From: Terriglobia bacterium
GTDB taxonomy: Bacteria > Acidobacteriota > Terriglobia > JAJPHL01 > JAPKYU01
Direction: 5' to 3'
DNA: 64,000 bases
NCBI GenBank assembly: GCA_965206645.1
Contig: CBDBKE010000002.1
Span: 512,001 to 576,000, forward strand
In this document: positions 20,478-29,665 of the stretch, piece after piece
Position numbering within the stretch: position 1 is the first letter of the stretch
How the letters are laid out: each line of letters opens with the position of its first letter
Program-made: the position numbers and the translations under genes
The notes under the pieces: generated by a model
What the model saw: only the letters and a program-made list of their open reading frames with translations
What the model was told of the DNA's origin: nothing
Database searches by the model: none

Positions 20478-20511
20478 ATAGGCAAACACTAACCGACTAG
20501 TGGAGACCTAT
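20478..20511 (+). repeat. 34-bp family-A site (spacer ACCGAC)
   Basis: ATAGGC AAACA CTA ACCGAC TAG TGGAG ACCTAT. Upstream GGCGTGGYAGC is shared with the 17866 copy. Confidence 0.82.
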
Positions 20512-20751
20512 CCAGGGAAACTTGACTAAATGTCTACGGCTCAGACACTTGAAGCCGCTATGGAGCCTGGCAACTGGACGAAATCAATTCATTGCCAGAT
20601 GCGGATTTCGCGAGGGGAATCGAGCGCCTGCACGATTGCGCCCGTCATTAGTCCGCCCCCGCAGGCAAGTCAACGCGAGCGCGGCCTACTCCGAGAAGTC
20701 TAGGCGGTGCAGGAGGGAGTGGAAGCGAGGGTGGGGGTACACGCGGTCGAA

Positions 20752-22440
20752 TCAGGGGTCCACTTTAAGCTTGACTGGGCCGCGGTCTCGCTCCTTAGAG
20801 GCGTGATCCTGCCAAGCAGACGCCCGGTCCTTCTCGCCTAAGGCACCTTCCGGCTGCTGCCACGGCCCCCGCGGCACTTTCAACTCCGGCATGGGGGCCG
20901 CCTGAAACAATCGTCGGCAGGGTTTCGCCAGCCACCGCGCCCACTTAGCGGCGCGATTCACCTGGGCGCTGTCGGCGGCGATGCCGGTGTTGGCGTACAT
21001 CTGTCGGTAGAGTTTTGAAATCAACACAAAAGTAAGCCGGGCCCGTAGGGACCTTATGAAGAGGGATCGCTTCCAAATCGATCGCAAGCGATAAAAACGG
21101 TCCCAAACATCCTGGGTGCGCCGACGGATCTCGTCGGCGGACATGACCGGATGGGACATGTACATCTTCGGTCGAAGAGCCTGGGGAATCAGCCAGTAGC
21201 GCGTCAGCGGGATGCCGGCAATCCGGGTGGTATTGCTCTCCATCTTCTTTTCCCAGCGCTGGAAATCCACCGTTCCGGGGAAAGGCGTCAACAACACGAA
21301 CTGCGCAAACGTCACCTCGGCCTCCTGTGCCAGAGCGGCGGTAGCCTCAAAGGTATCCGGCCGGTCGGTGGGGAGCCCAAAGATGAATGAGCCCAGGACG
21401 TGTACACCGTGTTCCCGAAAAGTGCCGAGCTGACGAACCAGGCTGTCGCCCGCGGAGTTGAACTCCTTGTGGACAGCCTTCAGTCCTTCCGGGGTGACCG
21501 ATTCAACTCCCACCAGCGCTCCCTTGATCTTGGCTCTGCGCATTGCCTCTAGGAATTCGGGATCGTCTGCCGCCTCCATGGTGATTTGCGTGAAGAACAC
21601 CATGTCCTTGGGCAGCTCCGCCAGGCGCGCCATCAATTCGAACCGTTCTTCGCGCAGGGCCAGCAGCTCGCTCAGCCGTTGTTGGTTGTTCTGACGCTCG
21701 GCCAGTCTCAGGTCCTCAAGTGTAACCGGATAAAAGTTGTCGTCGGCGAGCGCAATGAACCGAAATCCCCGGCGGCGTAGTTCGACAATTTCCTGAATGA
21801 CCACGTCCGAAACACGCTGGCGTGGGCGCTGGCCGTCCGTACGCCAGACCGAACAAAACGAGCAGTGCTTCGGGCATCCGCGTACGGTTTGGACCGAGGC
21901 CCACATGTATCTATCGGGCGGCAGCAACTCCCAACGCGCTGGCAGGAACTGGTCGGCCTCGATGCGCCCGCCCTCGTAGAGGTGCTGGGGCCCTCCGTTC
22001 GTGCAATCGGCCAACACCCTCGCCCAAACCACGTCTCCATCGCCTTTCACCACCGCGTGTGCACCTCCTAACTCGTACGCTTCCTCCGGGTAGAGGCTGG
22101 TGTGAATGCCACCGAAGATCACGTAAGCTCCGCGTTCACGAGCCATCTGCCCTACTTCGTAGCCGCGCAGAGCATTGCCGCTATGGATCCCGATTCCAAC
22201 CACGTCGCCCGGTTTGATCTCCGTGAAGTAGGTTGGCTCGAGCGATTCGTCGACAAGTAGGGGGTCTCCGAAGGCGTGTGGGGTAGCAGCAGCAATTACG
22301 TAGAGCCATCGTGGCGTAATAACGCCTATACCAAACGATAAGTGATTTGGATTGACCAAGTGCACACGCACGGAGCTATTCTTCTCCCCTGAAATCCGAT
22401 TCTGAACAGGAATTTCCGATTCCAACTTTACCTTTAACAT
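20752..22440 (-). CDS. B12-binding radical SAM protein; start uncertain
   Basis: GGIHTS, RGCPKHCSFC, DDNF, GVES, SFIFGLP, TPFPGT. Confidence 0.9.
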   Translation of the reverse strand: MLKVKLESEIPVQNRISGEKNSSVRVHLVNPNHLSFGIGVITPRWLYVIAAATPHAFGDPLLVDESLEPTYFTEIKPGDVVGIGIHSGNALRGYEVGQMARERGAYVIFGGIHTSLYPEEAYELGGAHAVVKGDGDVVWARVLADCTNGGPQHLYEGGRIEADQFLPARWELLPPDRYMWASVQTVRGCPKHCSFCSVWRTDGQRPRQRVSDVVIQEIVELRRRGFRFIALADDNFYPVTLEDLRLAERQNNQQRLSELLALREERFELMARLAELPKDMVFFTQITMEAADDPEFLEAMRRAKIKGALVGVESVTPEGLKAVHKEFNSAGDSLVRQLGTFREHGVHVLGSFIFGLPTDRPDTFEATAALAQEAEVTFAQFVLLTPFPGTVDFQRWEKKMESNTTRIAGIPLTRYWLIPQALRPKMYMSHPVMSADEIRRRTQDVWDRFYRLRSIWKRSLFIRSLRARLTFVLISKLYRQMYANTGIAADSAQVNRAAKWARWLAKPCRRLFQAAPMPELKVPRGPWQQPEGALGEKDRASAWQDHASKERDRGPVKLKVDP

Positions 22441-22541
22441 ACAATCATACGCCAGTCGCCCTCTTGTGCCAAGCTCACATCGCCATGGCCGCAATGGGGG
22501 GGGTGACCAGACCGATTTTTTGTACCAACCGTAGTGAGAGT

Positions 22542-23411
22542 TTACATCGCAGCCTGGGGCTGTGAAACTGGTTTCAGTGGCAGGGGAGGGCTATAGGCCC
22601 CCGGTGCCGGGGGCCTATAGCCGAGCGCCGAGTGCGGCCGCACCGTGTTGTATTGCACCCTCCACTGTTCAATCACCACCTGTGCCTCCTTCAACGAGTA
22701 GAAGATCTCTCCATTCAGGCATTCGTCCCGCAGCTTCCCATTGAAACTCTCGCAGTACCCGTTCTCCCAGGGACTGCCCGGTTCGATGTACAGTGTCCCG
22801 GTCCCTAGATTTGCCAACCACTGGCGCAGTTGTTTGGCGATGAACTCGGGACCATTGTCGGATCGAATCTGTTCCGGTATCCCTCGCCACAACATCACGT
22901 CCGACAACGCCTCAATGATTTGTTGGCTGCCCATCCTCCGCTCCACCCGGATCGCCAGGCATTCCCGCGTGTACTCATCCAGCAAGGTCAGCAGCCGCAG
23001 CGTTCTCCCCTCGTGCGTTCTGGCACTCATGAAGTCGTAGCTCCACACGTGGTTCGGTCGCTCCGGCCTCAGTCGTACACAGGAACCGTCGTTCAGCCAC
23101 AGCCGTCCTCGCGGCCTTTGTTTTTGCGGCACTTTCAGCCCTTCCCGCCGCCAAATCCGCTGCACCCGGTCCTTGCCCACTTCCCAGCCCGCACTCCGCA
23201 GCAACGCTGTGATCCTCCGGTAGCCATATCGCCCGTACTTCGCTCCCAGGGCAATGATCGCTCGGGTCAGAGCATCCTCGTCCACCCGATGAATCGGCTC
23301 GTATCGTTGTGTCCCTCGCCATTGCCCCAGCAGCCGGCAGGCATGCCGTTCCGACAACCCGTGTTGCTCTCACGCACGCTCCACCGCACAACGCCGCCGC
23401 TCAGGGCTCAG
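22542..23411 (-). CDS. IS3 orfB (rve integrase core), expressed via -1 frameshift
   Basis: WSYDF, SDNGPEF, PWENGYCESFNG. Confidence 0.9.
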
Positions 23412-23686
23412 AAGTTTCCCTGTGCCACATCCCGCAGCACCTGCTTCTCCAGAGAAAGCTCCGCTACCAACCGCTTCAGCCGCGTGTTTTCCTTCTCCAA
23501 CTCCTTTAGCCGTTTTGCCTGCACCACCTTCAGCCCGCCGTATTCCTTCCGCCACCGGTAGTAGGTTTGGGTGTGGATTCCAGCTTCTTTGCAGGCTTGG
23601 GGCGCAGTCTTCCCGTTCCCCATCTGCACTTCTATCTGCCGTAGCACCGCTACAATCTGCTCCGGCTTGTAACTCCTTGTCGGCAT
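23408..23686 (-). CDS. IS3 orfA (HTH transposase subunit)
   Basis: TYYRWRKEYGG...LKELEKENTRLKRLVA. Confidence 0.92.
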   Translation of the reverse strand: MPTRSYKPEQIVAVLRQIEVQMGNGKTAPQACKEAGIHTQTYYRWRKEYGGLKVVQAKRLKELEKENTRLKRLVAELSLEKQVLRDVAQGNF

Positions 23687-24225
23687 GACCTCACTTCCTC
23701 CTCAAGTGGATTCTCTCTCTTTCCACTTGGTACAAAAAGTGCCGGTCAGGTCAGACACTGTTGCCAAGAGTCCGAGCAGCGCAGGTTTCCAAGTTGCTCT
23801 TATGGTTCTAACTAGAACGAGTTTTGTAGAGCTTGACAATGTTGCGTCCTCTTTCGTTTTGAGTTGCAGTTTTCATTGCTTCGGGTCCAGACGCTCAGCG
23901 CACACTTCTCTGTTGGGCTGTTAGCGGCCAAGGATGTTAGCTCCCGAGGGGCCGAACGCGAGATTGGTGGGACGGGCATACCCCTGAAAGTCCCCCTGAG
24001 CTTGCGGGTAGTGTGTTATTCGACAAAGCGGCTGTCAAGTGTACAAAAGTCCTATTAGTGCTAATTATCGGGAAGTTCTGAGGGAAATACTCTAACGGTT
24101 GTCCCTAGGAGTTTCTCTGAGTTCCCACGATTTCCGATTTGAGCTTCCCCTTCCTCCATGTGAGCTTAGCCGTTCCGCTGACTGACCTTAGTCTGTGTCC
24201 AGGTCCTCCGGCGCGCAGATTCTTC

Positions 24226-24253
24226 TTGACAATAAATCTAAACAGCTTAAGAT
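24226..24253 (+). promoter_or_regulatory. Sigma70-like promoter for the small ORF-integrase operon
   Basis: TTGACA-16 bp-TAAGAT in AT-rich DNA, 9 bp before the ATG. Confidence 0.6.
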
Positions 24254-24262
24254 AGTATTAAA

Positions 24263-24424
24263 ATGACCAAGGCTGAACTGAAGCAGTTCACAAGCTGGCT
24301 TGGCAGGCGCAGCTACAGGGCAAGGCTGAAGCGGTTCGGAATCAAACGCATACAGGAAATTGCGCGGGAGAATGGGAAGTTGGGTGGTAGGCCGAAGGGT
24401 AGCGGAAAAAAGAAAGGAGCTTGA
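24263..24424 (+). CDS. 53-aa basic protein (ARENGKLGGRP motif), probably leaderless
   Basis: Manual translation MTKAELKQFTSWLGRRSYRARLKRFGIKRIQEIARENGKLGGRPKGSGKKKGA. Its 3' end contains the integrase RBS (AAGGAG). Confidence 0.7.
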   Translation: MTKAELKQFTSWLGRRSYRARLKRFGIKRIQEIARENGKLGGRPKGSGKKKGA

Positions 24425-24427
24425 TCA

Positions 24428-25510
24428 ATGGCAATCTATAAACGCGGCAAGACTTACTGGTACAAGTTCATGTGGCGGGGTGAGTCAATTCGAGAAAGCA
24501 CGAAGCAGGGGAATCCACGGGTCGCCAGGCAGATTGAGGCGGCCCACAAAACGACCTTGGCAAAAGGTATTGTGGGGATTCGGGAACGTCGGCCCGTTCC
24601 AACCCTGGCTGAGTTCGCCGAAAGAGATTTTCTCCCGTTCGCTTACTCCACCTTTGCTGCAAAACCTAAAACGCTTGAGTACTACACGAACGGGGTGGGA
24701 AACTTACTGGCCTACGAAGCCCTCGCCAAGATGCCAATGAGCGCCATCACAACCGAAAAGATTAGAGGGCACGTGGCCAAACGGCAGAATCAGGGCCTCC
24801 AGGTATCTAGCATTAATCGGGAACTGGAAGTCCTGCGCTGGATGCTTCGTCTTGCCTCGGAATGGGGCAAGGTGGAAAAAGCCCCACCCAGGGTGTCAAT
24901 GCTTTCTGGGGAACGGCACAGAGAAAGGGTCCTCACCAGGGAAGAAGAAACCGTCTATCTAGACGCCGCTCCGCCGCTAGCGCGGGATGTGGCCGCCATT
25001 CTGTTTGACTGTGGACTCAGGCCGGGAGAATGCTTCTCCCTACGCCCGGAAAACTACAGAGATGGCTCCATTCATATCCTGGACGGCAAGACAAAAGCGG
25101 CCCGTCGGCGGATTCCCGTTACCCAAAGGGTGGCTTCGATACTGGACATGAGGCTGACCAGCCTAGAGGGTGATTGGATATTTCCCGCCCCAACCAAGAG
25201 CGGGCACATCGAGAAGTCAAGCTTGAGGAAGCAACATCGGCGTGCCTGTAAGGAAAGCGATGATGTGGAGGCGTTCGTGCTTTACTCTATCCGGCACACC
25301 TGTCTCACGCGATGGGCGGCCTATATGGACCCACACACGCTCGCCTATCTGGCCGGACATAGCGACATGGCCACCACAAGACGCTACGTTCATCCAGAGG
25401 ACCACACCGTTCGAGAAGCCATGGAACGTGCACGGAGTGGGCACAAAATTGGGCACAGTGGCACCGCAGCCGTTCCTCGGCAGAACGTCGAGCAACCTAC
25501 AATCAACTGA
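24428..25510 (+). CDS. Tyrosine recombinase/phage-type integrase
   Basis: N-terminal arm-binding-like segment. Catalytic GLRPGE, GKTK, YSIRH, LAGH and RRYVH. Confidence 0.95.
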   Translation: MAIYKRGKTYWYKFMWRGESIRESTKQGNPRVARQIEAAHKTTLAKGIVGIRERRPVPTLAEFAERDFLPFAYSTFAAKPKTLEYYTNGVGNLLAYEALAKMPMSAITTEKIRGHVAKRQNQGLQVSSINRELEVLRWMLRLASEWGKVEKAPPRVSMLSGERHRERVLTREEETVYLDAAPPLARDVAAILFDCGLRPGECFSLRPENYRDGSIHILDGKTKAARRRIPVTQRVASILDMRLTSLEGDWIFPAPTKSGHIEKSSLRKQHRRACKESDDVEAFVLYSIRHTCLTRWAAYMDPHTLAYLAGHSDMATTRRYVHPEDHTVREAMERARSGHKIGHSGTAAVPRQNVEQPTIN

Positions 25511-25526
25511 TGTTCAACGGGATAAA

Positions 25527-25603
<77 letters not shown>

Positions 25604-25829
25604 ACACGGAAAGAAACGCGAAAGGCCTGTTTGAGCCCAGTGTAGCTGGCACATCTCCGCTTGTCAAACCGGCGCGCATGGAGAGACTTCCTCCAGCAGG
25701 CTTCGGACATCCACCGCCGCGCAAATCAACCTTGTGGCCCGCCCCTGCCAGGGGCTAGTGGCCTCCAGTGGGAGGCATAAGAGGAACTCCCGACTGCCCT
25801 TGTTGCACTCGGCTGTGCTTCCGGCTGTA

Positions 25830-25915
25830 GCCCACGGAAGCACGCTGAGATAGACGAAATTGGCGGCAATGTACAGGACCAGCACCAAACCGGTGCCCAG
25901 CAGCAGCAGTTCTGC
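25830..25915 (-). pseudogene. Short amino acid permease (APC)-like fragment
   Basis: LLLGTGLVLVLYIAANFVYLSVLP resembles an APC transmembrane helix. The rest of the gene is absent. Confidence 0.4.
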
Positions 25916-25941
25916 CCTTTGGGACACTGGGGTTGCAGGCT

Positions 25942-26613
25942 TCACCGGCCCGACCTCTCTGGGGGTTGGTCTTGCGACCGGCCTTGCAACTGGTCCAGGA
26001 ACTGGCGTGCGCCCTCGGCCACGTTGTCGGTGGCCAGCAGGTCGCGGGACACAGCCACCGCGTCGGCCCCAGCCTCCACTACAGCCCGGGCGTTCTCGAG
26101 AGTTATCCCGCCAATGGCCACCAGGGGCTTGCTCACCGCGGCGCGCACTGCAGCCACCCCCTCCAGGCCAACTACCGGATCGGGCTGCTCTTTGGTGCGG
26201 GTAGGAAAGACAGGACCGATAGCCAGGTAATTCACCGGCAGGCGATCGCCCTCGCGCGCCTGCTCCAGGCTATGGGTGGAGAAGCCAATGAGCGGTTTCG
26301 GCTCCCGGCGCGAACCCAGCAGGCGTCGGGCCAGTTCCGGAGGAAGGTCTTGCTGGCCCAGGTGCACCCCCGAGGCACCGGACAGCAGTGTCACATCTGT
26401 CCGATCGTTAATCAAGAACCCGGCTTCATACCGGCTGGCTAGTTCGGCAAGAGCGCAGCAGTTTTCCCAGCTGCGCCGCGTAAAGGGGGCCTTGTGCCGA
26501 TATTGCAGGAAGCGCACCCCAGCTCGCAGCAGTTGGTCGGCGACCGTCCGCACGTCCCGCGACTCCAGCAAGCGGGTATCGAGGATGGCGTACAGCCTCG
26601 AGGCTAAAAACAC
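25942..26613 (-). CDS. thiE: Thiamine-phosphate synthase
   Basis: QYRHK, IND, GVHLGQQD, GFSTH, GPVFPTRTK, AIGGI. Confidence 0.93.
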   Translation of the reverse strand: MFLASRLYAILDTRLLESRDVRTVADQLLRAGVRFLQYRHKAPFTRRSWENCCALAELASRYEAGFLINDRTDVTLLSGASGVHLGQQDLPPELARRLLGSRREPKPLIGFSTHSLEQAREGDRLPVNYLAIGPVFPTRTKEQPDPVVGLEGVAAVRAAVSKPLVAIGGITLENARAVVEAGADAVAVSRDLLATDNVAEGARQFLDQLQGRSQDQPPERSGR

Positions 26614-26629
26614 GCCTGGCCGTCCCCCT

Positions 26630-28006
26630 CTAGACGGTGGCGACGAGCGCCGCCGGGTTGAACCGCTGGAGGAAGCCGACGTCGAAGCGCCCAGCACGGA
26701 AGTCCGGGTCAGCCAGGATTCGCTGGTGGAGCGGGATAGAGGTGTGGATGCCTTCGATCATAAACATCTCCAGGGCTCGGGTCATCCGGCTGATGGCCTC
26801 CTGACGGTCGCGGCCGCGGACGACAAGTTTGGCCACTAAAGAGTCGTAGTAGGGAGGGATGACACACTCGGCGTAAGCGGCCGTGTCCACACGGACGCCA
26901 GTACCCCCGGGGATGTGGAAAGTGGTGATGCGCCCCGCCGAGGGGGCAAAGGTTTGCGGATGTTCCGCGTTGATGCGGCACTCCAAAGCATGCCCCTGAG
27001 GAGGAACGTGGTCGCCGCTCAACGAGTCTTGCAGCAACAGATCCAGGGGCTCGCCGGCAGCAATGAGAATTTGGCTCTTGACCAAGTCAATGTTGGTCAC
27101 CATCTCGGTGACCGGGTGCTCCACCTGGATGCGGGGGTTCATTTCGATGAAATAGAGCTGCCCGTCCTCATCCATCAGGAATTCGACCGTCCCGGCGCTG
27201 CTGTAACCAAGGTGCGACAGAGCCCGCAGCACCTGCTTGCCTACCTCCCGGCGCTGGGCTTCGCTCAGCGCGGGCGAGGGGGATTCCTCCAGCAGCTTCT
27301 GGTGGCGTCGCTGGATGGTACACTCTCGCTCGCCGAGGTGAGCCAGGGACCCGAAGCGGTCGCCCAATACCTGGAATTCGATGTGGCGGGGACGCTCAAG
27401 GAATTTCTCTAGATAGAGGTCGCCGCAGCCGAAAGCCATCTCGGCTTCCCGTTGGGCGGCGGCAAAGGCGTCTGGCAACTCCGCAGGGTCGCACACGACG
27501 CGCATACCGCGCCCGCCGCCGCCGGCCACTGCTTTGAGCAAGGCTGGGTAGCCAATGGAACCGGCAATCTGGCGAGCTTCGGCCGCGTTCCGCACGACGC
27601 TGTCGGAACCCGGCAGGATCGGCACGCCCGCTTGCTGGAACACCTGGCGGGCTCGGGCCTTTTCTCCCATGATACGGATCAGTCCCGACGAGGGCCCAAT
27701 GAAGGCGATCTTGCTGGTTTCGCAAACCTCAGCGAAATTGGCGTTCTCGGAAAGGAAGCCGTAGCCGGGATGGATAGCATCCGCATTGGTGATTTCGGCC
27801 GCGCTGATCACACTGGGGATGTTCAGGTAACTATCAGCCGACGGCGCGGGCCCAATACACACCGCCTGATCGGCAAAGCGGACGTGCAGCGAATTCCGGT
27901 CGGCCTCCGAATACACCGCGACCGTGCTGATGCCCAGCTCCTTACAGGCACAGATGACCCGCAACGCGATTTCGCCCCGGTTGGCAACCAGTATTTTCTT
28001 GAACAT
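26630..28006 (-). CDS. accC: Acetyl-CoA carboxylase biotin carboxylase
   Basis: [33 protein letters not shown]. Confidence 0.97.
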   Translation of the reverse strand: MFKKILVANRGEIALRVICACKELGISTVAVYSEADRNSLHVRFADQAVCIGPAPSADSYLNIPSVISAAEITNADAIHPGYGFLSENANFAEVCETSKIAFIGPSSGLIRIMGEKARARQVFQQAGVPILPGSDSVVRNAAEARQIAGSIGYPALLKAVAGGGGRGMRVVCDPAELPDAFAAAQREAEMAFGCGDLYLEKFLERPRHIEFQVLGDRFGSLAHLGERECTIQRRHQKLLEESPSPALSEAQRREVGKQVLRALSHLGYSSAGTVEFLMDEDGQLYFIEMNPRIQVEHPVTEMVTNIDLVKSQILIAAGEPLDLLLQDSLSGDHVPPQGHALECRINAEHPQTFAPSAGRITTFHIPGGTGVRVDTAAYAECVIPPYYDSLVAKLVVRGRDRQEAISRMTRALEMFMIEGIHTSIPLHQRILADPDFRAGRFDVGFLQRFNPAALVATV

Positions 28007-28009
28007 CAG

Positions 28010-28531
28010 CTACTTTTTGCTAGCGGTGGGCCGGATCGCAAACAGAGCCTCTCCATACTCCACCGGCTGGGAATTTTCTACATAGCGCTGGATGACCTGG
28101 CCGGTCACATCGCTCTCGATTTCGTTCATCAGCTTCATAGCCTCGACGATGCAGAGCACCTGTCCGACCTCGACCCAGTCGCCCTGGTTGACCAAAGGCG
28201 CGGCGCCCGGGGAAGGCGCCTCAAAGAAGGTCCCAACCATCGGCGACTTGAGCTGGTGGAAATCTTCGGCCAGCACTTGGGCAGGGGCTGAGGGGGACTC
28301 CGGAAGCTCAGAGGCGACAGCAGGACCGTTGACTGCGGATGTCGGCTGGTACACCGGCTCGGGCGGCGTCGGCGCAGTGCCTTGCAGGCTCACCTCGGCA
28401 AAGCTCACCTGGGACATCGAGTTCGTCCCGCGCTTGATCCGCAGTCGGATTCCGCTGCGTTCCAACTCAAACTCGGTGATCCCTTTCTCGGTGATGAGAT
28501 CCACCAAGTCTTTGATCTCTTTCAGATTCAT
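28010..28531 (-). CDS. accB: Biotin carboxyl carrier protein
   Basis: SPMVGTF and EAMKLMNEI. Confidence 0.97.
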   Translation of the reverse strand: MNLKEIKDLVDLITEKGITEFELERSGIRLRIKRGTNSMSQVSFAEVSLQGTAPTPPEPVYQPTSAVNGPAVASELPESPSAPAQVLAEDFHQLKSPMVGTFFEAPSPGAAPLVNQGDWVEVGQVLCIVEAMKLMNEIESDVTGQVIQRYVENSQPVEYGEALFAIRPTASKK

Positions 28532-29595
28532 TCGATTTGCAGTAGCTCCTTCGGGGTGGGCGTCAACACCTCCGCACCCTGGTTGCGCACTAAGACGACA
28601 TCCTCGATGCGAACCCCACCGTAACCTGGAACGTACACGCCGGGTTCGATGGTGATGACGGCTCCGGCCGGCAGCCTTGTTTTCTCCCGTGCCGCGATGC
28701 CAGGCATCTCGTGCACCTGGATCCCCAAGCCGTGTCCCGTACTGTGGGGAAAGTGCTCCCCGTAACCGCGCCGGGCAATGTATTGACGAGCTGCGCGGTC
28801 CACCGCCGAACAGAACGCGCCGGCGCGCACGGCAGCAATGGCCCGCTCTTGCGCCTCCTTCACCACGCGGTAAAGCGCTTGTGCCCTGCGGGTTGCGGTC
28901 CCCAGATAAACGGTCCGCGTCATATCGCTGGCGTAATTAGCCAGTATAGCACCGTGATCCAGGAGCAAAAATTCCTTTTTCCCCAGCGGCCGCAAGCTGG
29001 CGCGGGCGTGAGGCCAGGCGGAACGCGGGCCGCTCACCACGATGGTTTCAAAGGCCGCCTGTTGGGCCCCGCAGCGCCTCATTCGGTACTCCAGTTCGGC
29101 CGCCACTTCTTGCTCCGTTAGGCCGGGTCGTAGCAAGGCCACCGTTTCCTGAAACACGCGCGAGTTGAGAGCCACGGAGCGGCGAATCTGTTCCAGCTCC
29201 TGCTCGTCCTTAATCAGGCGGAGCTGCTCCACAGCGTTTTCGCAGTATCTCAGTCGCTCGATCCCTACGCCCTCGGCCAGCAGGCGATACAGCCGGTAGT
29301 CTGCCGAAGCCTCAAACCCGACCCGACGCCAGCGCCGGGCGCGGCTCAGGGCCGCCTTGGTCGTGCCCGAACTCACAATCACCACCTGTGAACCGCGCAC
29401 TTCTTGATCCGCCTGCAGCGCGTAGCGGCCGTCCGTGTAAAGGGTGGAGCGGCGCTCGTCCACCAGCAGGAGGCCGGCGCTGCCGGTAAACCCGGTAAGG
29501 TAAAAGATGTTGGCCTGCTGGCTGACCAGCAGGCAATCCAGTTGGGCTTTGGCAAGCCGAGAACGTAGGGCGCTGAGGCGCGCGGGCTGGTTCAC
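28528..29595 (-). CDS. Xaa-Pro peptidase (M24B)
   Basis: YLTGFTGS, SDMTRT, HSTGHGLG..VHE, TIEPG, GVRIED. Confidence 0.93.
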   Translation of the reverse strand: MNQPARLSALRSRLAKAQLDCLLVSQQANIFYLTGFTGSAGLLLVDERRSTLYTDGRYALQADQEVRGSQVVIVSSGTTKAALSRARRWRRVGFEASADYRLYRLLAEGVGIERLRYCENAVEQLRLIKDEQELEQIRRSVALNSRVFQETVALLRPGLTEQEVAAELEYRMRRCGAQQAAFETIVVSGPRSAWPHARASLRPLGKKEFLLLDHGAILANYASDMTRTVYLGTATRRAQALYRVVKEAQERAIAAVRAGAFCSAVDRAARQYIARRGYGEHFPHSTGHGLGIQVHEMPGIAAREKTRLPAGAVITIEPGVYVPGYGGVRIEDVVLVRNQGAEVLTPTPKELLQIE

Positions 29596-29665
29596 GGAGT
29601 CGGACGTCGGATCGCGAGCTCCGAGCCGGGAGGCAGGTCCCTCCCGGCCCGAATGGATTCTCCTG

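Larger units (their letters stand above)
22504..23753 (-). mobile_element. Intact IS3-family element (no target duplication)
   Basis: Ends TGACCAGACCG and CGGTCAGGTCA. orfA/orfB overlap with GGGAAAC slippery site at ~23414-23420. Confidence 0.95.
1..25526. mobile_element. tRNA-Pro-anchored genomic island (right end; left boundary outside window)
   Basis: Tyrosine integrase ends 16 bp from the tRNA CCA end. IS-rich accessory cargo lies to the left and housekeeping genes to the right. Confidence 0.85.

Noticed and set aside
6316-20511. CRISPR array interpretation of the 34-bp repeats
   Set aside because: Irregular kb-scale spacing, mixed orientations and no cas genes in the window.
18400-22500. 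Cobalamin riboswitch near the B12 radical SAM genes
   Set aside because: No recognisable B12-box seen, and both upstream regions are disrupted by IS ends.
22496-22503. G8 tract as a phase-variation switch
   Set aside because: Directly abuts the IS3 end and has no demonstrable link to a promoter or reading frame.
1-25526. Second att site (duplicated tRNA-Pro 3' end)
   Set aside because: No copy found by eye in the window. The island probably extends beyond position 1.
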